A DNA stretch of 64,000 nt, taken from assembly GCF_009914755.1 (NCBI RefSeq), contig NC_060925.1; one strand, given 5' to 3'. This stretch comes from the human T2T-CHM13v2.0 reference genome, Homo sapiens. The translations under genes and the position numbers were made by a program. Below, piece after piece: positions 25,853 to 53,439 of the stretch (within the stretch, counting starts at the first letter, position 1; the number at the start of each line of letters is the position of its first letter). The notes under the pieces were generated by a model that made no database searches, was not told the origin of the DNA, and saw only the letters and a list, made by a program, of their open reading frames with translations.

Positions 25853-26639
25853 TAATTTTTTGTATTTTTTAGTGGAGACGGGGTTTTATCATGTTGCCCA
25901 GGCTGGTCTCAAACTTCCTGAGCTCAGGCAATCCGCCTGCCTCGGCCTCCCAAAGTGCTAGGATTACAGGCGTGAGCCACCGCGCCTGGCCCATTCTTGC
26001 ATTCTTTAAAGTTTTGAGGGAGGCACTAAACTCTGTCATTTCACTAGAATGTCATAGGTTTTTGATTTATTATATTGGCCATTATAAGGGAGCAGTTTCA
26101 GGAGCTTCCACTTGGCCTTTCTTACTACTACAGTAGTTCTTCATCTACAGTGAGGGTTCTGCAATTTCTAGGTACGCCTATTTCAAGTATACACTCATGA
26201 ACAGGAGAGACAACTGGGTAGGTCCATGTACCTAGTGGAACCATTGTACAACAGACCTGGGTCAGGACTCTATTTATTTCCTCACCCACATGTACTCTTA
26301 TTCCAATTGGTGGACCATGCTGATGCTTTAGGTCCCCAGATATCAGTGTTAACTTAGATCTAGTATCCAGCAACCCTTGAAAGATCTGGATATTTTCCTA
26401 ACTCTTTAGTGTAAGGTTATCTGAATAAATGACCATAGGTCCCTTTGGGGAAGAACTGGAGGAATCACTACTATATATACTTGCTGTGGTTTAGCAGGGT
26501 CCCTCCTTATGGAGGCCTCTTCCCTCCTTCAGTTGATGGCTTCTAGGTCTGAAAACAGGCAAAGATTTTTGACTTTCCAGTGCAGCTGATTTCAGCTTTC
26601 TCCTCATTCTTTTTTTTTTTAAAAATTGTAATTTCTAAA

Positions 26640-27572
26640 ATTGTATCAGTATGTTTAAAAGATATCTGTACTCCCATGTTTATTGCAGCACTATTTACAA
26701 GAGCCAAGATTTGGAAGAAACCTGTTTCCATCAACAGATGAATAGATGAAGAAAATGTGGCACATACACTCAATGGACCACTATTCAGCCATGAAGAAGA
26801 ATGAGGTCCTGTTTTGCAATGACATGGATGGAACTGGAGGTCATTATGTTAAATGAAATAAGCCAGGCACTGAAAGACAAACCACATATTCTCACTTATT
26901 TGTGGGAGCTAAAAATTAAACTCATGGAGACAGAGAGTGGAATGATGGTTACCAGATGCTGGGAGGGTAGGGGGAAGTGAGGATGGTTAATCAGTACAAA
27001 AATATACTTAGGTAGAATGAATATTATCTAGTATTTGATAGCACAATAAAGTGGCTGCAGTCAACAATAATTTATTGTACATTTAAAAATAACTAAAAGA
27101 AGGCTGGGCTTGGCTCACGCCTGTAGTCCCAGCACTTTGGGAGGCCGAGGTGGATGGATCACCTGAGGTCAGGAGTTCGAGACCAGCCTGGCCAAAATGG
27201 CAAAACCCCCTCTCCACTAAAAATACAAAAACATACTAGCCAGGTATCGTGGTGCACGCCCATAGTCCCAGCTACTTGGGAGACTGAGGCAGGAGAATCA
27301 CTTCAACCCGGGAGGTGGAGGCTTCAGTGAGCCAAGATTGTGCCACTGCACTCCAGTGCCTGGGCAACAGAGTGAGCCTGTGTCTCAAACATTCAAACAA
27401 ACAGAAAAACTAAAAGAGTATAATTGGATTGTTTGTAACACAATGAAAGGATAAATGCTTGAGGTGATGGATACCCCACTTACCCTGATGTGATTATCAC
27501 ACATTGTAAACCTGTATCAAAATATCTCATGTACCCCACAAATGTATATACATCTACTATGTACCCACAAAT
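26640..27572 (+). mobile_element. L1MA-type 3' end with an internal Alu (27102-27408)
   Basis: gatatctgtactcccatgtttattgcagcac...acatctactatgtacccacaaa. Confidence 0.85.
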
Positions 27573-28140
27573 TTTTTTTTTGAGGCAGGGTTCACTCTGT
27601 TGCCCAGGCTGGAGTGCAATGGCATGAACACGGCTCACCATAGCCTCAACCTCCTGGGCTCAAGCGATCCTCCTGCCTCAGCCCTCTATGTAGCTGAGAC
27701 CACAGGCATGTGCCACCAAACCTGGCTACGTTTTTTATTTTTTGTAGAGACGAAGTCTGACTTTTTATTGCCCAGGTCCTGTGCTGAAACAATCCTCCCA
27801 CCTTCCCAAAGTGCTGGATTACAGGAGTGAGCCATCACGCCCACCCCCTGCAATAATTAAAATTAAAAAAAAAATTTAATTGTGATAAGCATACAACATA
27901 AAATTTACAATCTCAACCATCTTTAAGAGTACATACAGTTCATGGTGTTAAGTATATTCACACTGTTGTGCAACAGATCCCCAGAACTTTTTCATTTTGC
28001 AAAACTGAAACTCTATACCCATTAAACAACTCACCATTTTCCCCTCCCCAAGGCCCTGGAAACCACCATTCTACTTTCTGTTTCTATGAATTTGACCACT
28101 TTAGATATCTCAAATAAGGGAAATCATACAGTATTTGTCT
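27572..28140 (-). mobile_element. Antisense Alu (27572-27845) and antisense L1MB-type 3' end (27875-28140)
   Basis: aacataaaatttacaatctcaaccat...gcaaaactgaaactctatacccattaaacaac. Confidence 0.8.
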
Positions 28141-29324
28141 TTTTTTCTTCTCATACATTCTTGAAATCTTTTACTTATACAATGGGCATCCATCTGTCTT
28201 GTCCCTGAGAACATCATGTTTTTTAAGTCATCTGCAAAATCTCTCTTGGTCATGCCCTCCTGGCTACCCATTCTGACATTAAGTCCACCCTTTTTTCAAT
28301 GGTTAAGTGCTGCCACTTGATCTCTGCTATTCTGAGATCTATCCCCATTGCTACTTGGGAGCCCATCTCCCACCATTAGTCCTGACTTAGAGGATAGTTG
28401 CTGTAATCTTCATGATGCTGGTACCTCCCCTAACTAGTGCATTCCTTGTTTCCTTGGTAAATGGCATGTCCTCAAGGCCCTTCCAAGGGTGGGCCTTGGA
28501 AATCAACTGGTGGATTACAGGTGTGAGCCATGGCGCCTGGCCTCTCTGAGTCTTTTGATTCCCTTTACCATAGTTTGCTGTGGCAGTTCTAGCATCTCTA
28601 CTTTAATGTGAATGTAGGCTGTCCCTTTTCTCAGGCTTCAAAGATCCATTCCAGCAGTGTACAGAATCATCTCCTGGGGCACTTGTAGGGTTTTAAATCC
28701 TGTGTCACAGGAGAGTGCCCTGATATTGATGAACTCTTCCTATCCAACTTTAAATTTCACCATTTATCCACCCCTCAGGCATATTCTTCTGGTACTCGCC
28801 AGCACATGTAAACCAGATCCTACAGCCACTTTGGCATATATCTCTCCCTTTTCCCTTAGCATACCCTGCATTTACCTAGTTGTGCTATTTGATTTTACTT
28901 ATGGGACTTGTGGCCAGGAGGAACGATCAGGACAGATTCTAAGGAGGTCCTGCATTGTCTTATAAATTACCTACAAAGGGAGTAGGAAACAGGCATTCAT
29001 CTTCCTACTTGAGACAGTGAGTCACTTCAATAGGCCTGGGGGTTTAAAGGAATCTTGAGATTCAAGCTTCTCAAATGTATCTACCTACATATCCTCACTT
29101 CAAATCGCAGGGTCCTACTTCTTCCGTATTAGGGCCCAACTTTTGTGAGGAGACTTGCCTATGCTGAGAATTCAGCCTTTTATCGAAGCTCCCACTCTCA
29201 CAATTCTGCCTGATAATTAACTACCTTGGCCTACTGGCTGCAAGGGGTGAAAGTCTCTTTAAATGCTACCAGTGAGGTCCTTTGCTTTAAATTGTTGATT
29301 AATATATCTGAGCCTGTCATTTCC

Positions 29325-31384
<2,060 letters not shown>

Positions 31385-31437
31385 TTAAGCTGTGTAGACC
31401 TGAAACATAGCAGTTATATTACCTTCAAATAATAACA

Positions 31438-31695
31438 CATGTTTACAATCCTTTGTCCACAAATCAAAAATGCCAACTAAATTCAAAATGATTTTAAAAC
31501 AAAGAATATTTTTCATAAATTTGGTGCAAACTCTACAGAAATGTAAAGTGTTAGATTATGGGATACTGCCACAAACTCAGCTAGGGGTATCATTTGGATG
31601 ACATACGTCCGATATTACATTTTTTAAGTAAAAAAGATTCTTAATTTTGAAACAAAGCTGGCTCCAGAAAGTTTGGATAGGGAATTATGGACCTG
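31438..31695 (+). mobile_element. MER46C-like TcMar-Tigger MITE, followed by an antisense MIR (~31700-31915)
   Basis: Degenerate terminal inverted repeats catgtttacaatcctttgtcc / ggatagggaattatggacctg. Confidence 0.6.
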
Positions 31696-32092
31696 TTGCT
31701 ACCATTTTTAAGGTTCAAATATTACATATATGTACCTATACATGTATCAAAAGTAACTCAACCCTGCAAGAGGGATTTGCTTTCCCCATTTTTCAGATGA
31801 AGGATCAGAGGCACAGAAAGGTTAATTAACTTACTCAAGTAGTCAAGTTAGTGAATGGAAAAGTCAGGTCCGTGAGACTTCAAAACCTGATCTTTCCCAT
31901 TACATCATGCTGTGTCTGCTGGTGAAATCATTGCTAGTTCATATAACGATTCTCGCTGTCAGTAATCTGTGATGTTTTGCGAAGAGCACTGTGACTTCTA
32001 GGAGCTCTACTACCTAAACATGTTTGAAAATCCCTGGACCTCATGACTTTAATGGTGTTTTCCACCCCCTAGGATTCTGTATGATTCTGTAA

Positions 32093-35327
<3,235 letters not shown>

Positions 35328-35824
35328 CTGGAATATCTCATCTGCTCTGGCTTTCCCAGTTTGCCACAGCTAATTATCCTTTCCCTGGTATGAATTCCTA
35401 TGGTACAAAGAATTCACATTTGTATAGAGACTTCCCATTTACTAACTGATTTTACACACTTAATCTCATTTATTTCCTATAAAGTTATCATTATCAGGGA
35501 AGGGCCATCCTCTTCGCCACCCTCCTCACTAGGCATCCTTCTTAGTGTCTAGGACATTGCTGGGCCCCTAACAGGCAAACAGTGAAAACTTGACTAAATG
35601 AAGGAATCAGCATTTGGTTCGGGGGCAAAGTTGAAAGACAGGAGGCAGAAAACAAAAGCCATGAAACAAAGAAAGGGATAATTAAAAGAGAAGTTTGTTG
35701 ATAGCTGCAAAAGCAGGAAAAGTAGACAATAGGTAGTCTTTCCACCACAGTGGAAAGAATGCCTACAGCTGAAGGGTTAATGAGACAGCCTCCTGCTTGG
35801 ATCTCGACCTGCCTCCTAGTTCCC

Positions 35825-36250
35825 TGTCTTAGGTCAGGTTCTCCCACAAACACTCTGCATCAGACATTAGTGGGCAGAGGCCTTATTGGGGCATGCTCTT
35901 CAGATCAGCACCTGAGAGGAAGTGAAGGGCATGTAACTGGGCAGAGGAGGAAGAAGTTGGGCTGTGATGCAGTTATAAACAAACTCCACTGACCCTTCAG
36001 AGAGAACAGGAGCCAAAATGACCTTCTAGAGTCATCTGGAAATGAGGCACAGGGGTGAGACCCTTAAGCCTCCCACTTATCCCACCATCAACCCCTCATT
36101 AGATACAGACAGCACCCAGGATGGGGTCATACACTTGGATGGGCAGTTCCTTTGCCATGGCAGTTCCCAGAAAATGACTCAGTAGCTGGGGATAGGATTG
36201 CCTTAATGCTGAATTGGGTATCTGAGAGGTGTACCACAGCATCCATCTTG
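35825..36250 (-). mobile_element. LTR16-family solo LTR
   Basis: tgtcttaggtcaggttc...gaagttgggctgtgatgcagtt...ggtgtaccacagcatcca, the reverse of the LTR16 consensus. Confidence 0.75.
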
Positions 36251-36737
36251 TTTCCACACTACATTACTGGATGCTTGAAGCCACTGCACTGCACAGAAGT
36301 TCCCGCTCTACATGGGCTTGGCTGTAAGGTCCCTGTCAGACATGTTTCTTCATTTCCACATGGATCCTTACAAGAAACTCCTATTACTTATGATAATCAA
36401 AGTGAGTTTCCTAAACCTCCAAAAGCTTGATTAAAACAACACATGCAACTCAGTTGATGACTTCTCACTGAAAGGTAGGGATGAGTATCCTCATTTTATA
36501 GCTTTGGAAACTGAAGCTCTGAGAGGTGAATTCACTTGCAAAAAACCACATTGTGTTGTACCTAGTCCAGGGCCCTTGCCTTTTCATTATACCAATATTT
36601 CCTTCAACATAATGCTAATCTAAGTCCCTCAAAATGTATTATTACAAGTGGGGTGAAATAAAGGTAGAAACAAGGTAAATTTGATAGGTGAAACATGGTA
36701 GGGATTTCTAACTTTAAAGCTCATTCCTTTTTTTTAA

Positions 36738-36956
<219 letters not shown>

Positions 36957-37832
36957 TAAGGTATACATGTAAGAAAGACCATCTCTCCTATAGTGGTCTA
37001 TTATTCAATGAAGCTCTGAACCAGTTCAATATATTTTTGTTGAGTGAGTCCCCCATTAACAATATTTCAATGGTTGCCATCACCTAAAGGCCATTACTCT
37101 GGCACTAAAGCCTTTTACTGTCTGGCTGCAACCCAGCTCCCCAGCCTCTGACCAGGTCCTCTGCACTACTTGTTCCCTTTCATGCCCAGTACTTTTAGAA
37201 CTTCTGTTTCCTCTGCCTGAAATGCCCTTCCTCTTTTCTGATTGTCAAGTGCACCCTACCATTATTCAGGATTCAGTTCAAGTGTTACCTCCTTTGTAGT
37301 CTCATTATACTTTGTATATAACTCTGTTTAAACAACTAATAATAATAATAATAATACCTAGCATCCCCCATATGCCTCTTTATACACACAGACACAATCA
37401 TGAATCCTCACAACCACTCTTCAAGGAAGATATTATCCTCTTTATAGACAGACTAATTCAGAGATATAAAGAGGCTAACCTAGTTGCATAGCTAATAAGT
37501 TAATGTGCCTGCTTTTCAAACCCAGTTCTGTCTAACTCCAAAGTCACTGTAATTGTTTTTTCTACATGATATCCTCAGGGACAGAAATCTCTTGTGCTTT
37601 CTCTTGTGTTTCCCCCAGACTTACATTGTGCCTGGTGAATAAGTAGGCACTCCATAAATATTTCTTTGCTGAAAAAATTTCTAGTGTACATCATGCTAGA
37701 TTCTACTTCCATGTTTTTATTTGAGAATTTTCCCACCTGAAGTGCACAAATGCACTGCCTCCTCTCTATTTAAATTCTACCCATCCTTTGGAATGCCTCC
37801 TCTGTACAGCCTCCTTAGCTATGGCAATATAC

Positions 37833-37835
<3 letters not shown>

Positions 37836-37866
<31 letters not shown>
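37836..37866. repeat. (TC)n microsatellite
   Basis: Directly visible. Confidence 0.95.
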
Positions 37867-37868
<2 letters not shown>

Positions 37869-38346
37869 AGTTGCAACTCTCTCTCTTTTTTTTTAAATTT
37901 TAGACAGGGTGTTACTATGTTGCCTGGGCTGGACTTGAACTCCTGGGCTCAAGCATCCTCCTGCCTCAGCCTCCTGAGTAGCTGGCACTACAGGCATGGG
38001 CCCACCGTGCCTGGCTTACAACCCACACCGTTCTTTCTCCTGTGTCAGAATAATGCCAGCCTACACACTTTAGCCCTGGATTACATTCTTCCCTATGTTG
38101 GACTTGTATTGCTTTATTCATGGTTAGCTTTTCAGATCAAGGACAAGGTCTTCACTTTGGAATGCTCCAGAGCACCTAGCAGAGGCCTAATCACATAGCT
38201 CATTGATTGGAAGACTTTTCATCCAGAGCCAAATAGCCTTCAGTAACATTAGAAAGTTACATTTCAGTTCTACACACTTCTAAGAGCGGCAGTCTAACTC
38301 TTACCCTGTGATTAAGAATCTTCCCTCTTTGAACAAAAAAACAGTA

Positions 38347-38880
<534 letters not shown>

Positions 38881-39760
38881 AATGAAACAGTGATTTTTAA
38901 TAAGGAGGCACAATAAATCCAGTACTAACACAGGATAAGGATTGAAAACTGAGATGAAAACCAACTAGATCAAGAGTCCATCATCACAACTCCAAGTTCT
39001 ACTTTCAGTCCTAGAATTAATTCCCAGGTTCTATTCTGTGAACCCCAGATTCTAACCTGATTCTACCAGTGTTAGTCCATATTTGACTATCATTCTGTTG
39101 AAATTGGTCTAGTAAGCTATAGACTCAACTTTACAAATCCAGTAATTTATGTTTGGAACTCCAGGTTATATTCTGTGAATCCCATATCCTCCTATTGGGC
39201 AATCAGATTCTGCTATTAAAGCCCAAGACACTGCTTTTAGAACTACAGCTTCTATTTTGGCAACTCCAGATTCTATTCCCTAACCCCCAGATTCTAATAT
39301 TCTAGTAACACAGTTTCTACTATCAAGGCCTAAGATTCTAACATTAGAACTCCTGGTCTGTTCTTGGAATCACATATCCCACTTTTGGAACATCACATTG
39401 TATTCTCTGAACCCATTCTCTGATCCTATTATCGGAGTTCACATTCTTCTACTGAAACTTAAGATTCCATTATTGGAAACTCAATTTCCAATCCTGGAAC
39501 TTGATCTACTTTAATAATTCTAGATTCTACTATTTCTGTGTCTTAGTCTACCCAGAAGATTCTACTATTAAAACTCAAGGTTCTACTCTTAGAAACTAAA
39601 ATTCTACTATAAGAACTTAGGCTTTACTCTCAGAAACACAGATTCCATTATTGGAATTAGACCTGAAGGTTCAGAGTTGAGACAAAAGTTTTGGTAGTAG
39701 AATCTTGGACTTCAATTGTTGGGATTAAATTGAAATTCTTCATTGGGAACTCTAATTTTA

Positions 39761-40070
<310 letters not shown>

Positions 40071-40289
40071 ATGGGAACCCTAATTTTAGAACTGAATTTG
40101 TTGGAAACTCCAGATTGTATTGTGTGAGCCATATATTCTACCATTGGACATACAAATTACATTATCAAAACTCAAGATGCTGTTATTGGAATTATAGTTC
40201 TATTATAGTAACTCTAGGTTCTATTGACTAAACCCCAAATGTTGTTATAGTAGTGGAATTCAAGGTTCTCTTAGACTCTAGAATCTAGA

Positions 40290-40575
40290 GGCACTTATCA
40301 CAGAGGTTAAAAACATGAGTTCCGGAGCAAGACTACTTATGGTTAGATACCATTTCTGTACTTCTCAGGTGTGTGACCTTTGGAAAGTTAACCTCTCCAT
40401 GCCTCAGTTTCCTCATCTGTGAAACAGGAATGGTAACAATAGTATTCACCTGCCAGTTTTTTTTTTTTTTGGAGCACTAAATGCAATAATAACAACAGTA
40501 ATACATGTAAAACACCTACAACAATGCCAGGTACATAGTAAGCACTTAATAAATGTTAGCCATTGCATTATTACT
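40290..40575 (+). mobile_element. Near full-length MIR inside the 21-bp array
   Basis: Core tgtgtgacctttggaaagttaacctctccatgcctcagtttcctcatctgtgaaa and tail aggtacatagtaagcacttaataaatgttagc. Confidence 0.9.
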
Positions 40576-41263
40576 GTTGGAGGCTAATCCTAATCCTAAT
40601 CTAATATGCTAATATGCTAGAATCTAATCTAATATGCTAGAATCCAATATTAGAATTTCATAATTTACTATTGTACCTCAAGGTTCTACTATATAAACTC
40701 AAGGTACCTCTTTGGAACTCAAGATTGTGCTCTCTGAACCTCATATTTTAAACTTCAATACCTGTATTGCATTCTTGGAACTAAAGTTTCAGTATCAAAA
40801 TGCAAGATTCTAAGAATATAATTCCCAGTTCTATTCTTATAAATCAAGATTCTAGTTTAGGAACTCTAGGTTCTTTCTCTGAAACTGAAATTCCACTGTT
40901 GAACCTCTAGATTTTACTTTCATAACAAGATCCTACTATTAGAACTCCAGTTTCCAGATTCAGAGTCTGAGATTCTAATACTAAAGTCCAGAAATCTACT
41001 ATTGCAACTTCTGGTTTTGTTCTCTGAGTCTAAGCATTTTACCATTAGAACTCAGCTGCTACTTGGGTCCTTAGAATTCTAATATTGAAAGGATAGGATC
41101 TATTCTCTGAACTTGAATCCTACAGTTAGATTCCACAATACTTAAGGAATTTCAATAATGGCAATCAAAGATTATATATTTGGACTACAAAATTCTAATC
41201 TGTAACCTCCAGATTGTATTTGTGACCTCCAAGTTCTGTCAAAGTCTGAGATTCTAATACTGA

Positions 41264-44060
<2,797 letters not shown>

Positions 44061-44554
44061 GAAAAGAGAAAGAGAGCACCTGCTGCGCAAAGGAGAGAGG
44101 AAGGAATATAAGTCTAGAATCCTGGGGATAACCCAGACTTATGACCCAGTTTTCTCAGGAACAGGCTACATTTGGGAATTTAAGAGATGTTTATGTGGGA
44201 AGACAGAGACTCATGTTTCTGGCTGGGACCTCCTAGGAGCAGAAATGAGATTTGCCTCTCTGCTTCTACTCAAAAGCAGTTTCCTCATCTAGAATTTGTT
44301 TGATACAGAATATTCCAGTGTGAAAGGATATTTGGGCCCATCTAAGAGATGGCACAGCTCAGTCCTGTGGGACCTGTGGGCTGGAAGTCAGAAGACCTGG
44401 TTCTAGCCCCAAGTCTGCCACTGTCATTCTAGGTGATTCTGGCAAGCCTTTCCCCTTCTCTGAACTTTAGTTTTCTCATCTGTTAAGTGGGGTGTTTATA
44501 TCCAACCATCTGTAAGGAGTTTTTCCAGCTCAATCTACAGTTACATCTCTCTAG

Positions 44555-45296
44555 TGAAACCACCTTTGCAAAAATTATAACTGAGGAAATTATGACAGTA
44601 AAAGAAACCAGACCTAACCGACTCCATCTTGCTTCTAACTTTTAAGCTGTCCTAGTTCATTCCTGGGCGTAGGCCGAACTAACCTTGGGAAGGAATTCAC
44701 TTGATGGTTTGACGTTTTACTCTGAAACAAAATTAATCATAGCCGTTTCCTGAAAAGACCCCCTTCTTGCCTAGGGACCAGTCTGCCTTTACAGGACTAA
44801 CAAATTAGCTACAAGGTTAGAAATTACAGTTCATGGGTCATGCAGCCTCTGGCTGCAAGTGTCTGAGCCTCCCCAAATTGCTCCTGGGGATAATATTACT
44901 ATTGTAAAACCTAAGCTCAGTGCCTGAGATATTTTGCAGACCATGCCCTAAATGGATCAGCTGACACCACCCAGACAAGATTAGTAATCTGGCTCAACCA
45001 GTTCTGCGATCCCACCCAGGAACAGAAGACAGCAAGAAAACCTCACTTCGCCCCCTATGATTCTATTTCCAACCTAACCAATCGGCATTCCCCACTTCCG
45101 GAGCCCCTACCCGCCAAATTATCTTTAAAAACTCCAATCCCCAAATGCTCAGGGAGACTGATTTGAGCAATAATAAAACTCCGGTCTCCTGCACAGCCAG
45201 CTATGTGTGAATTCTCTTTCTCCATTGCAATTCCCCTGTCTTAATAAATCAGTTCTGTATAGGCAGCAGGCAAAGCGAATCCATTGGCCTGTTACA
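44555..45296 (+). mobile_element. LTR8-family (ERV1) solo LTR, complete
   Basis: TG...CA ends (tgaaaccacctttgcaaaaattataactgagg ... gttaca), 4-bp TSD CTAG on both sides, AATAAA at 45243. Confidence 0.88.
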
Positions 45297-45719
45297 CTAG
45301 AGGCTAAGTTTTTCATGTTGCCTAGCTATAGGAAGCGCCACGCAGACTAGAATCCAGGGGTCCTGATGACCTGACCATGTTCTATGTCACACATCGTTCT
45401 CTAGTTGACATTATCTTCTCCCTCCTCCCCGTCCCGCCCCCCAGAAGTTCCCTAAGTAGATTGACCTCTTTTATCTGGAGAAGACTGAAGCATTTCAGAC
45501 AAGCCTTTATCATGCAGATCACCCTGACACCTACCCTGGGTTGTGAATATCAGTTTATCTGGCAGATCACTGCTGTACAGAGAAAGTATCAGTCCGAGGC
45601 TAAACCTCTCTGAGCCTCAGCCTCCTCATCTGTAAAATCGGTAAAATACCCTTATCATTGAGTTGCTGTGAGGCTTAAATAAGAAAGTATATTTTACAAT
45701 ATCTAGGATAATATCTGGC

Positions 45720-48020
<2,301 letters not shown>

Positions 48021-49136
48021 TTCCTGGCTCACCTCCCAAGGAGACTCTGGGTAAATAAGATAAGGTTGAAGTAATATTCCAAGTGATTAAGGCCAAGGTG
48101 AGGGCTTTGGACTGAAGGCCAAGTTCAAGCCTGACTCTCTCTCACGGGGCCAGGCCATTGTTTAGTTCCTGATTGGAGAGAAGCCTGAGTATCTCTTCAG
48201 TGCCTCAGTGGGGAGAGTGTAAATGAGGGAAAAGTTCAAAATAAGACATGGCTTGTTTGCTTGCCCTACTGCTGTCTGCCCAGACAGGGAGGGGGACCTA
48301 GCAGATCTCTTCTTGTGTCCTAATTTTCTTGGCTCCTCCTACCCTCAGGGCAGGTATGTGTCCTTGTTAGAACCTGGGAGGGAAGGCTTTTTTAATTTTA
48401 TTTTTTGTTGAAACAGCATCTCACTCTGTCGCGCAGGCGCCCAGGGTGGAGTGCAGTGGCGCTATAACAGCTCACTGCAGCCTTGACCTCCCCAGGCTCA
48501 GGTGATCCTGAGAAGGGCTTTTTATTAGCTAAACTGATGACAACTGTTTCATACATCTTCACTGCCCATCCTCACTGTGGCATGTTAAGGAAAACACATT
48601 TTCCTGGATACTCAGGGAGGTGGTGTTAAAATGTAAAAGAATAGCACAATTCAAATGTTGACCATTCATTCATTCACTTGCTTGTGACCCTGGACAGGTC
48701 CTGGGCTCCAGTGCCCAACGTGTAAAATGGTAAGAGATGCTGGATTCTAGGATCTGTGCTGTCCTTTCTAGCCAGTGGCGTGCTGGTAAATGTTTTAACT
48801 GCTGGCTAAGTGTAGTTCTGACATGAATGTTGGTTTAACAAATGAGACGAAAATGAAACAAAGACATCTATTGGAACTTCACTCATTTATGAATGATATC
48901 GGTGATTTCTTTGCTGAATCAAGTAACGGTTTTCAAATACTGAAAGATTAGCTCTTAATTTTTTTCATGTTTTTCCCAGTGTAACAGCTACAGACACAAC
49001 ACAATTTTAAGTTTCATTTGCATTATTCACAGTTGCTCTATCACTTTCTTAAGTCTAGACACTTAACAAAACAAGCCCTGATATACACCATTTGCCAATT
49101 TCTCTGGTATAAATATTCCCACCATAGCCAGCTTCA

Positions 49137-51863
<2,727 letters not shown>

Positions 51864-53108
51864 TATTTATTACTTTGGTTTTTAACATAATTTAATTGTA
51901 AGTTTATATAATTTAAATTTTAACTAAACATTTTAATTGATACATAATTTTACATATTTGTGGGTATATATGATATTTAGATACCTCCATACAGTATATA
52001 CTGATCAGATTAGGGTACTTATGATATCCATCACCTTACAGATTTATCATTTCTTTGAGTCGGGAACATTTCAAATCTTCTCTTCTAACTATTATGGCAA
52101 TGTTTAACAATTGGCTCACAAAGTTTCGAAAATCTAACAATTGCCTCTCATGAGCCAACTGGAGCTAGTGTCAGCCCTTCACTGCTTTCACCTCATACAT
52201 CCCTCAATTTTATGAATCCTCCCTTCCTTCAGCCAAAGCACATATGCTCATACATTCAAAACCAAGCAAAAACACTATTTTCACCCAACTCTTTATTCCT
52301 ATAGTGTCTGGATCATAGGTAGAGCTCAGTGTTTGCAGAATTAAAGTGAATTCACATTCACATGAGAACACACACGAGTCCACATCATTTGTTCATGTGC
52401 ACAACCGAGATGCAGCACATTCAAATAAAATAAATGTTGGCCACAACGGATGCTCACTATTTGGCTGGTCTATTCTGTACAACAAAATGTTTTTTATTTG
52501 GTTTTCTGATTATGAGAGAATACATGTACATTGGAAAGAACAGGAAAGGGTATGAAGTAGTTGTTAACTCTTTTCTGGAGCTGCCAGAGATAGTGATGGG
52601 AAACAGTGTTTTAGGTTTAAAAGATAAGAGAAGGCAAGGGAAGATACTTAACTTTAATTGAGTGCCTACCATGCACCTGGCACTTTCTTGCTAGCCCTTA
52701 CAACTATGTACCATACAAATCAGAAAAACAATGCTCAGAATAAGTGACTTTCTCCAGTCAACCTGAAATTAGTGGAGCTGTAATTCGAATTCAGATCTGC
52801 TTACTGCAAAACACAAGCTCTTTCCACTACACTATCTCTGTACTTGTGGGCAGTCTCAAATAGGTTGGTAGGCTAAAGGAGCTCTGACTGAACTGGATAC
52901 CCTGAGGAAAAGCCCAGAGATTCAAATGCCTACACAACTTTCCTCCTCAGTCCAGTCCATGTTTACATCATTAGAACCCAGGTTTTCACACTGTAGCCCA
53001 GGGTCTTTCCGTTGTACCATACATGCCATACTGCCTCATACAGAATTCTTATGAAAAAACATAAACATTCCCCACTGTCAAGTGTATCCTAATGCTTCCT
53101 TACTGGCA

Positions 53109-53122
53109 CCAGAAGATGGCAG
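53109..53122 (+). promoter_or_regulatory. Candidate CTCF motif
   Basis: CCAGAAGATGGCAG matches the core CCASYAGRKGGCRS with one mismatch, in non-repeat sequence. Confidence 0.45.
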
Positions 53123-53439
53123 TGTGGGTCATCATGGACAGAATGTTAATAACAATAATTATGCTTGTGGGAATACCCTCTTCCATTATTCTCCAGTCAA
53201 ATCTAACTGACAGGAAAGCACTTCACCCACATTAGAAGTGGTCTCAGCAGTTTGCCTCTCCCTGGTGCTTGGTGCATATTCCCACCCTGAGCGTGGGAGA
53301 AGGTGTGGCAATGCTCAAGCAGTAAGAAAATCTGTAGTCACACCTGGGTTGGAATCTTAGCTCTGCCACTTACAGTCACTTTGGACAGGCAACTTCACCT
53401 CTCTGAACCTGTTTCCTAATCTGGCAACATGTTGAAATA

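Noticed and set aside
35750-36430. Non-Alu ORFs of 80-92 aa
   Set aside because: They overlap the LTR16 solo LTR and resemble no protein family I recognise.
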